From Mesotaenium endlicherianum (lineage: Eukaryota), in the NCBI GenBank assembly GCA_009602735.1, contig WELA01001098.1:297481-338578 (forward strand): DNA of 41,098 nt, read 5' to 3'. Below, in pieces: positions 31,941 to 41,098 of this stretch. How positions within the stretch are numbered: position 1 is the first letter of the stretch; each line of letters begins with the position of its first letter. The notes under the pieces are model-generated. The model was not told where the DNA came from. It ran no database searches and was given only the letters and a program-made list of their open reading frames with translations. A program made the position numbers and the translations under genes.

Positions 31941-34900
31941 CCAAAAGCGACAAAGCTCAACACACCATCATAAAATAGGGCTAAGTAAATAGAAATACAG
32001 CAGTAAAAGAATAACCAAAACAAGAACCAAAACAAAATCGAAACAAAGCCAAAGAGAAACAAAACGAGTAATTTTGAAGTATTACGTAGCATGAGCAAGG
32101 ACAAAACAAATCAAAAGAGCCAAGAAACAAAGAAACGAGACAAATGCAAAACAGGAAGACAGAAAGGAGAGCTGTTTGATGTGCTTGCGCTTTTGAGAAG
32201 GACATGCTCGAGGCCCCCCAGCTTTGCGGCACTGGCTGCTACGACTCGCCCTTGGCGCTCAGCTCTGGCGAGCTTCTCTCACATGATGCTGCTTGGTCTA
32301 AGCGTAGCCCTCTGCTCTCCCGAAGCGTACGCTTACGTCCCTCCTCTTTCTTCTCTGTCCTCTTCCCCCTCCTCGGCTCAAGTGTGTTGGTCCTCTCCAG
32401 GCTCCACCTGGCGCCATGTTTCTCCCGTATTTCCCTTGCAGATGTGTTTTTGTATACTAAGAAACTTGACTGTAGAGCACCCTGAGCTCTAGGAGTGACA
32501 ATTTTCCCCTCAGAGAATGAGAAGGGGCAGAAAGAAATCAGAAGCAGCTCCTAAGTGAGTGATGATGGCAGGCAAGCAGGGGCAGGCAGGGGGGAAGGGG
32601 CACATCCCCTATAGAGACGTGTGCGTGCTAACATTCGTTACAGTGTCTCGGAGTGCGTACGCTTCTCCGCGCCCCAATTGCTTGGGACAAGTTTAAGACT
32701 AGAGATGACACGGACATGCAAACTAGTGGTTGAGTGGCTGTGGACATTGTTTCTCACGTCAGATCACCTGAGGTATGTGAGGTTCTTATGTGGATCTGTG
32801 CTTGCGTTTGTATCCTGTCTGTGAAATGTTGCCCGCTGATGTAGGCGTCAACTAGATCTCTTTTCTTCCAGGGCTTTTGCCTTCTCGGCACTGGGAATGC
32901 GTGAACAACGCAGTTTTGCTCTTCTGTGCATTCCAGGCTAAGGGACAACCCAAACATTACCTGAATCAGATTGCCAGAATCCGGTGCACTGAAGCCAGGA
33001 CCCATTGAGTTTTGCACTCATCGCCTACAAGAAGATGTATACTTAGCTCACACGCTGATCTGTAAGATACACAAATCCAGTGCATGTATCGGCCACGGAC
33101 CTTGCATGAGTGTTTTTTTTCCCATCGTGGACTCTCGCAAAGGAGCAAGCAGCAGCAGCGCAACAGCAGAAGAGCATGTAGGCAGATATCAGTGGTCATC
33201 ACAGCCATAGGGTAGAGGCCATGCTTTGGCACGAGCTACAGATTTCGGAGAGGCCCCACAGATGTATTAATTTCAGCTATGGGCCCTGCATTTGCCTTCT
33301 TTTTTACAGCTCTATACTTGGCATGCAAGGTGTAATCAGTACCTTCCATTGAGAAATCGACTACGGCAGGGATCTCTTGTCCGCATACAAGTGCACACGT
33401 GGTGGCACTTGTGGGGGAGGAGGAGCGGGGCGTATATATGATATGTCAAATACACTCACTATATATATGCACTATCATACCTACCTGCTCATTATCTGAA
33501 GTATAGCGCATTCGCCAAAACAAGAGGATGCATTTGTTGGAAAAGATTGCATGGTGACAACTGAGTGGACGTCGAAGGCGGGAGCAAATAAGTGGAACAG
33601 TGATGTCATTCTTGTTAGGCATTTACACACGGCGGCCCGACATGACCAATAAGTGCATCTCTTACATTGTGCCAAGTATTTGCATTACATGGTCAGCCTA
33701 GTTGTACAACAATGATTTGGAGAGGGTTCCAACGTAAGAGGTTTTGATTGTTAACTTAATGAACTGACTAACTGACTACACCACCAACCATCCTAGCTGC
33801 GTGCAAACGATCCGCCTAAGTCACCAGCGTGGAGAATTTTCTACTGCTGGAGGGCGTTCAATCGATGCACATCATCAAATCTAGTGGGATTTTTTGCGTC
33901 ACCGGAAGCTGTTAACAAATGCCACCTTCTGCGCGCTTTCCGGGACAAAGAATGTGAAAATGAATAAGGTAGGAAATACAGTTACGCGAGAACTTTAGCA
34001 GGAAATGAGTCCTGACAACTGGCAACCTCCTAGGCGAGAGCAAGGTCTACTAACTACGACGAGAGGCGGCGCAGCACCTTATATCCTGTACAAGACAAGA
34101 GTCCATCATCATCATCATCACCAGTACCGTATCATTGCGGCAAGTGACCGGTTGACGCTAGTCAGCACTCGCCCTCTTATGCGCTGCCACATCGCGAGGC
34201 GGCAATCTGTCTTGGGACTAAGAAGACAGCCAATCGTATCCTACCTATGCAGTACACAGCAACCTCCTACATACACCTGCGACCTCCGACAAAAGCTACC
34301 AGAAACCCGCATACCTTCGCTGCGTTCACAAGCTAGCCGACCCGGAGCACGAGCTGCAGCAGCGGCAGCCCACGCGCACGCGCACGCGCCAAACCTTCCA
34401 ACCATCCGCGCCTGCGCCACACGCGTCGCCGTCGGGGCCCTCGCCTCATCCTCTACTTCTGGCGCCGGCCGCATCAGTGTCAGTATCTCAGAGCGCACGT
34501 CCCCGCGCTCGTGCAAGCTCCCAAGGAACCAGAATGCATCACCCTCTCCTGCAGCTCGAGCAACCATCCTCACGGAGCTCTCTCTGTGGAGCTCTGTATT
34601 CTCCTTCTGCTGAGTGCCGAAGCCGACGAGGCAGACAACCCATGGACATAAGAATCCGGTTCCCCCTCGTGCGCCAATGCTTAAGAGGCAGCCATTGATC
34701 CCTCCTGGGGCAAGCTCTCGACGTGGCCCCTCGTGCGCACCGCTTGTGGAGCCACCACAAGCGGAAGCACTACCACTTGCAACGACTCCCCGGTTGCAGA
34801 CAGGGGAGGCGGAGGTGGGAGGGAGAGATCAGCGTGTCATGGTATTAAAAGAGCATCAGTATAGTCTACAAGAGAAAGTCCAGATGATCGGCAGAGGCAT

Positions 34901-35333
34901 TACAGTTGCCATCCCTCCAGCTTCCTCCAAGAAGTGTGCACTCTCTTCCTCCATCATCCTCATCCTCATCCTATCTCATCCTCCTCCTCCTCCTCCTCTA
35001 TCTACCTCATGAGTCCTCCGACAAGAACTTCCTCGAGCTATCTGTCCCTCATGACCGTTGCACACACCCTCCAGCTACACTACCGGGCGAAGGAGGTATG
35101 CCCAACTTGCAAGATCTCTCCCCAGAGGAATGGGAGATGCCTCGCGTGCCCTCAGAAACTTGAGAAGTTAAGGGAGCTCCGGAGGATCAGAAAAAGGACC
35201 CGCAAACTTGAGAGGGGTGGAAGCACTGCATGAGTGCCGCAAAAGTCTGGAGAATCGGCAGCAGAACCCAGGAAGATCGGGCTCCGGGAGGATCCAGAGT
35301 CGGAAGCTGTCGGAAGGAGAAGAAGAAGAAGAG

Positions 35334-37210
35334 TCAGAAGACGTTGATGGCCGCCAGGGGGCTGGCAGGTGCGTCATTGATCTTGCTGCTGGGGCTCTTG
35401 AACCAGCGGCTCAGCCAATTCTTCTTCCCCCCGCCGCCGCCGCCGCCCGCCAGCCTCTCTGCGGGCGGCGTGCCGCACGCGGCCTTCTCGCCCGCGAGGT
35501 CGAGCGGGAACGAGTGGTTGCGCGAAGTGAAGTAGCTCTTCCTCCTCCTCTCCTCCGGCCCCGCCTCGCCCCCCTTAGCCCCTCCCCCCCCTCCTCCTCC
35601 TAACCCCACCCACATGGACAACTTTTTCTCTGTGTCCTCGTTCTCCAGCCTTGCCTTCTCTGCGGCGCTGGGAGCTGCGCAATTGCCCAAGGGCACCCGG
35701 GGAGGGGAGGGGGACGACGTGCGTCCCTTCTTCCGCTTTGCCCGTTCCCCGGAAAAAGCGGCTGCAGCAGCGCGTTCCCCGGAAAAAGCGGCTGCAGCCG
35801 CTGCTGCAGCTGCAGCATCGGCTCTTGCTGCGGCTGCTGCGCTGACGGCAGAGGCGGCGGCGGCGGCGGCGGCCAAGGCGGTGGCAGCCGTGGCCTTCTC
35901 CGCGTCCCTTTCGGCTGCCGCTTGGAACTGCTGCCTGATCAATCGGTCGGCCGCCAGCTTGGCGGTGGCCGTCTTTATCGCCTCCGAGAGCTGCCTGTCC
36001 TCCTCGGCCTCCTCCGCGCTGGCCGCCCAGCTCTGCGTGGCCTCCACCAATCTGCAAGTAACAGGCGGCAGACACACGGAGGGAGAGGTGCGCGTCAGCA
36101 GCTGCTCATGCGGGCAATCGCCAAGGCCGCCGCGAGCAGGGGCGAGACAGACAGGTGGCAGATGTACGCGAATTGGGGACAATGTGGGGACATTGGACGC
36201 ATGCTGGACAGAGCGGGGGGAGGGGGAGCCTTTGTAGCATCTGGAGCAGCAGGAGTGTTGGGCGGATTCAGGGGAAGAGACTGACTCAAAGATCGAAAGG
36301 AGAGCAGAATTTTGGAACATCCTCTATGCTGCATGGGGGGGCACAGAGGCACCCAGGGACTCAGCACGCGCTCCCACTCTGTTACTCTGCCCCTGTGTGT
36401 GCTGAGCGTGTGCGATTGAAGGTTAGCAGCAGAGGCAAAGGCAGCAGGAGCCCCAGAGAGGGGCTGGGGGAGAAGAGGGGGACAATCCTTGAAGAGCAGA
36501 TCTAATCCCACCTGATCTGATCTAATCTGAACTAAGCAGATCTGATTCAATCTGATACAATCCAATTTGCTCCGCCCGGCCAGAACTGACCAGCTAATCT
36601 GAAGCAGGAGGGGGACCGGAAGGCGAAGGGGAGCGGGAGGGGGAGAGCGGGAAGAAGAGAGGGGGAGGNTCCTGGGGAGCTCCACCCCGTGCATGAGGTC
36701 GTCGGAGGAGGAGGGGCCCTCGGCGCACTCCCCCCACGCGCGGAAGAGGGGCAGCCCCTTGCCGTTGCTCGAGTACATCTTGGGGGTGTCGGCGCATATG
36801 GAGCTGCGGCGCGCGCGGGGGTTCGCGGTGACGAGGTCGTCGCAGATGGAGATGCGGGGGGCAGCCCCCATGGCCTCTGCTTCGATGACGTCGCGCGAGA
36901 GCGAGCTGCGGCGGGAGCGCATGCCGAGCTCGGCGCTGATGCGCGAGGTGGCGGTCTGCATGTCGATCTCGCCAACTGGCAGCACCGCAGACATCACAAT
37001 CGCCAGCTGCTGCTTCTCAAAGGAGTTGGCCGGGCAGGCCCAGGAACGGCGCCGGAGGTTGTGATTGCGCTGGTTCACAGAGACCCGCCGCCCATTCTTG
37101 ATGCCGCCCTCCGTGTTCTCCTTGGCCCTGCTCGTGGCCAGGTACCCTTGCAGCCAATTGGCGTCATCTGCACTGTACTCCTCAAAGCTGGCGCGCGGAG
37201 TAGGCACCAT
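35334..37210 (-). CDS. Hypothetical protein, about 418 aa, Ala/Ser/Arg-rich; exons 37210-~36672 and 36051-35334
   Basis: Two long GC-rich ORF segments (MVPTPRASFEEY...GVELP and LVEATQSW...KKNWLSRWFKSP...INVF*) join in phase 2 at the acceptor cttgcag|A (36051). The donor is next to an N at 36669 and reads GA. No recognisable domain. Confidence 0.65.
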
Positions 37211-39763
37211 CTTACAACTCTCGCTCCCTCCCACTTTCAATGTACCCCAAGTGACTTCTGAAATTGCTACTCTCGCTGTGTACCAGATGCAAGTGCAAAC
37301 GTGTCCAGTCACTGACGCCTGAGAGCCGTCTCTCGGGAAGGACAGCCTTTAACTAAGTATGCTGCTTCCAATTGATGAGGTTGACAATTAGGTCGCAGGG
37401 GTAGATATGAACAACTGATGAGAGGCGTGCGTCTGATGTAGCAAAGGGCTCAAGGATGAACGTACCAGTACTTCCAAGTCCTTCTAAGTTTAGGTTTTTT
37501 AATCGCTCTGACTTTCAGCAAACAAAGACGCGATTTTGATTGTAGCAAATCAAGTCTGTAGCAAATCTTTCACTAAAGTTGACTCTTAGTGTGCCCAAGG
37601 TGAAACTTATGAAGCGGCGCCCGACTGTTGGGAGAAGTTTCCTTCGCGACTGATTAGGTCTTTGTTGAGTGGCTTCTAGTGGAGCGAAGTGTTTTAATGG
37701 CTAGGGTGCACAAGCATGAAGCAGTTCCGGAGACTTCAAGGGCGTGCACCTGGCTCGTCAACGGGCCTGCCTGCTAGAACAGTTCTCATAAAAATATTTG
37801 GGATTTCGGGCTTCCTGGCCACATGATTTGCACCAGCATCAGTCGGCACGTTCCAGGTCGATCGTGGTGGACTACAAAATCTATCATTCCTCTCCGCCTG
37901 CCAATCAGCCTCGTCTTTTTGATCACGACCAAAAATCAGAACGTGGGAATATCCTGGCCCAGACCTGACGAGCAATGACGTGCAATGACGGATGTCCGAG
38001 AGATCAGTTGCGTTAACTGGCGTCATCCAGCGTCGGATATTTAATGATCCCTCGGGATTACGGTCAGATTGGAGTGAAGTGGAGCAGGGTGGAGTGGGGT
38101 GGAGCACTGGGGTGGGAGGCTCAAGTGGAGGCTTGAAGCCTTGAACCCACTGCAGATCGAGTTAAACATTAAAATTCCGAAGTACGAAGGACTCGAATGC
38201 CTTCAAAGCTGTTCAATGCCAATCGAAAATGCTGACGGCGTGAAGTCAGTGTACGTCTGTCAAGACTTAAGCAAGTCTTGGACAGCGACAGCATGTGTGG
38301 TACAATACGGCATGGGTCGAGGACGGTGATGGACGGGCATTGCTGTGCAGAATCAGAAACATGATGAAGTATCTGGCAGGTTGTTTTCGAAGTCTGAGAC
38401 CTGAACGCCTGGGCCGCCTGGCCACCTCTAGCCCCTACTTTGGCCTGCTCCAGCCAGCTCCGCCTTATCATAGCAAGTGGGCGGAACTTCACTGTCTTGT
38501 AGCTGTTGTCGCATATCCAGATTGAAAACAGCTGGCCGGAACTGGACTGAAAGGGCATTTCTAACTTCTAACTTCACTGTACGCATAAGCAGTGAGCACG
38601 TCATGTTAGAGAAATAAGTAACCGTCATCATCATTAGTAAAGTGGGCGTAAAATAAATGCTGCTGCCAGCTCGTCCCTACAGTTCGACAATGCCAAAATG
38701 AACTATAGAACATACCACCTGAATTTATGGGATGAACCTCATCTTCAGTTTGCAGTCCACTTTGAAGTTTGGAGAGTCTGGAGTCTGGACCAGTCTGGAC
38801 GCTAAAAAGTTGTAAAAGTGCACGAATCAGAACAGTCCTGGCACCCGTGTCTGGTTTCCTGCACGAGCATTCAGCATTTTCAATCAAGCCAAAAGTCTTT
38901 GTACGTTCCAGTCGGCGGTTATGTGCAGGTAGCAGCTCTTGACTCGTATATATCCGTGATCTCGTACAAAGCTCGAGATTCACGTCTCTATGAAAGTTCG
39001 AAACTTCGATGTTAGTGGATTCAAGTCTCGACTGGTTTCTTCACTTTGGCTACGGACAACTTTATTGGTTGTAAGCTCAACTTGCCAGTATTTACTTCTC
39101 CCACTTGTCACCGTTCCGTCGTTTTGTCCTGCTTGTCCTAGCTTTTACTGCTCCTGCTCTATTTCGCATTTAATCGATCTGCCTGATGAGATTTGAGTCA
39201 TACGCCCGATTTGATTATGAACAGTCGACGTGGGGGCTCAGCGGCCAGCAGAATACGGGTCGTAAGATTCATATCTAAAACCCGTCAATCAAACCGCACT
39301 TACGAATCTTCAGCTATGACAACCAATCAATGTCAAGCTATTGATTCTGCTTTCTACGGTTGTGAACAACTGTGCCAACACAGGTTTGAGGGGCTCGCGC
39401 AGGCTCGCGACTTTTTGCAAGTTCGTTGAGATCGGCAGCCCCAGAATAAGATCCACAGAAATCGATAGATATCTAGAAGCTGAATGATGCCGTGACTGGC
39501 CCTGACCTGTCGCGTTTGCCTGGCCCTCGGGTCCCGACTCCCGACTCCCCAACAGGCACAGTCGCTGATCAAACTCTCAACTGCTCTCTAGTGATCAATC
39601 AGCTCTCTGGACCTGCTCTACAGCAATATTTATTATCTGCTATCGTTGTGCCACGGTGTACTCTAGCCTGCTCTAGCCCACTGCCTGCTACTCCTCGTGC
39701 CTGGTCGAGGCAAATTGCATTGGCCTTCTTCATCACACGAGTGTGTGTGGTGGTTTGCTGTCA

Positions 39764-40342
39764 TAAGGCGCCCCTCACGTAAACTTTGTGAGGGGGAAAT
39801 CAATAAGGGGCCCCGCTCGTGGGAGCGCTGGCCCGCACGCGTTCGAAGTTGCATGTTTAGGACGTGAGAGCGCTCGTCGCATTAGCGCTTTTTGTCTGGG
39901 GGCCGCCCTTTTGCGACCGCCATATATTAGGGCTTAAACATAACCTATTCCTCTTCTTCGCGTAGGCAGTGCGTCCTTGAAGCGCATTTCGTGAGCGGCC
40001 ATGGCGAGCAGAATTGAGGCGGAAGCCATCCCTGGGCCACTAGGTAGCTCGTGATGGGGTAGTGGGAGAGGGCGCTCTTCCTCGTTAGTTGGGTTCTTGG
40101 GGTCGAAATTTTGGGAGCGCCTGCTGGTGGGCAGCCATGGTCGCTCGTTGTTGCAGGCAGCCATGGCCGCCTGCTTATTATTAGGGTGTTTTAGAGAAAG
40201 AAAGAGGGTGGGGGGGAGGGACAGAGGGAAGGAGGGTGGGAGTTCGTTGCGTCGACATTGAGCGTCGACAACGTTCGCCTTGTCGTGACNGGGAGTTCGT
40301 TGCGTCGACATTGAGCGTCGACAACGTTCGCCTTGTCGTGAC
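39764..40342. mobile_element. Dispersed non-coding repeat, copy 2, without the MITE insertion
   Basis: Homologous to 7378-7595 plus 8351-8730. Same CCCCTCAC-9nt-GTGAGGGG hairpin at 39771-39795. The right boundary is approximate. Confidence 0.75.
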
Positions 40343-41098
40343 TGAGAATATTGGAGGACGCTAGGCATCGGCATGGCTAGAGAGAGCGACACCGGGAGGG
40401 AACCACTCCTGGATGGGACAAGGACCAACTAATCTATGTGCTGATGGGTAAAAATCCCCTCTAGCGGAGGAAAAGCCCACAGCTTATGAGTTGTAAATGT
40501 GAAAAGTTTACTGCAAGTCTGGAGTGGGCACTACTGGGCAGCTATAAGAAATGCAGCGCTACAATTATAATGAAAATGGGGCTATAATAACTTCCCCCCC
40601 AGTTGAAGGTGAGGGGGAGAGGCAGCAGCTGAATGATGAACGCTAGAAGCGATAGGAGGACCGTCGGGGACGAGAGACGAAAGGATGGCCTCCGGCGAGT
40701 TTTGGTAGTAGAATCCGGACGGCAAATACTCCATGCAGCAAAGGTGACAAACGGAAGCCGGATAAGGTTCCGTTGAATAAAAAATATTGGGCAACACATG
40801 AGACAAACGACCTTCGACCACGGGGAAGTCGGTGGGGGCGCGAGAAGCGTCTATGAAGTCCGCACGTAGCGCATCGGCGATGGCGAAAGTGAGCATTGGT
40901 GGGGGCAGCCCACGAGAGTCGGCGAGCAGGAATTGTTCTCACCACGTGAGGGGGGAAGGACCTGTAAGACCAAGAGACAAGAACAACGAGAAGAAACACG
41001 AATAGAAACGAGAAGGGGAAGTATGAAAGGGGCAGAGTGCCCTAGTGGAAGCGTAGTGACTCACGAGGAAAGGAACTAGTTGCCATCATACTAGAGAG

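Noticed and set aside
34005..35233. Cluster of 70-200 aa ORFs on both strands
   Set aside because: No recognisable domain or consistent exon chain; more likely 3' UTR or intergenic sequence.
37400..39700. Short ORFs as possible retrotransposon remnants
   Set aside because: No RT, RNase H, integrase or transposase motif could be recognised by eye; a BLASTX against TE proteins would be needed.
40238..40342. Perfect 52-bp direct repeat
   Set aside because: The two copies are separated by a single N (40290), indicating a contig-overlap artefact.

Overview
Eukaryotic, intron-rich genomic DNA from a gappy draft assembly, with 7 N-runs and 3 single Ns, mostly at G/C homopolymers. The GC-rich exons, CA/GT-microsatellite introns and plant-like proteins suggest a streptophyte green alga (inference). 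Exons were reconstructed by hand from GT-AG sites and phase. Genes: (1) the 3' part of an LRR protein gene (+, to 6128) ending in a YxxxxLL motif; (2) peptidyl-tRNA hydrolase 2 (+, 9272-14804, one exon missing in a gap); (3) a decayed two-domain Kazal inhibitor pseudogene (-); (4) a 5-exon unknown gene (-, 23924-20575) whose frame continues 92 codons past a TAG; (5) TFIIF beta/RAP30 (+, 25233-31940, 7 exons); (6) a 2-exon orphan gene (-, 37210-35334). Mobile DNA: a 755-bp Mutator-like MITE nested in a hairpin-ended repeat that has a second, empty copy near 39.8 kb. The most unusual feature is an intronic array of seven tandem copies of the LRR gene's splice-acceptor junction, in which six copies lead to in-frame stops. 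The 1.6-kb duplication across the first gap is most likely an assembly artefact. No rRNA, tRNA or CRISPR array was recognised.
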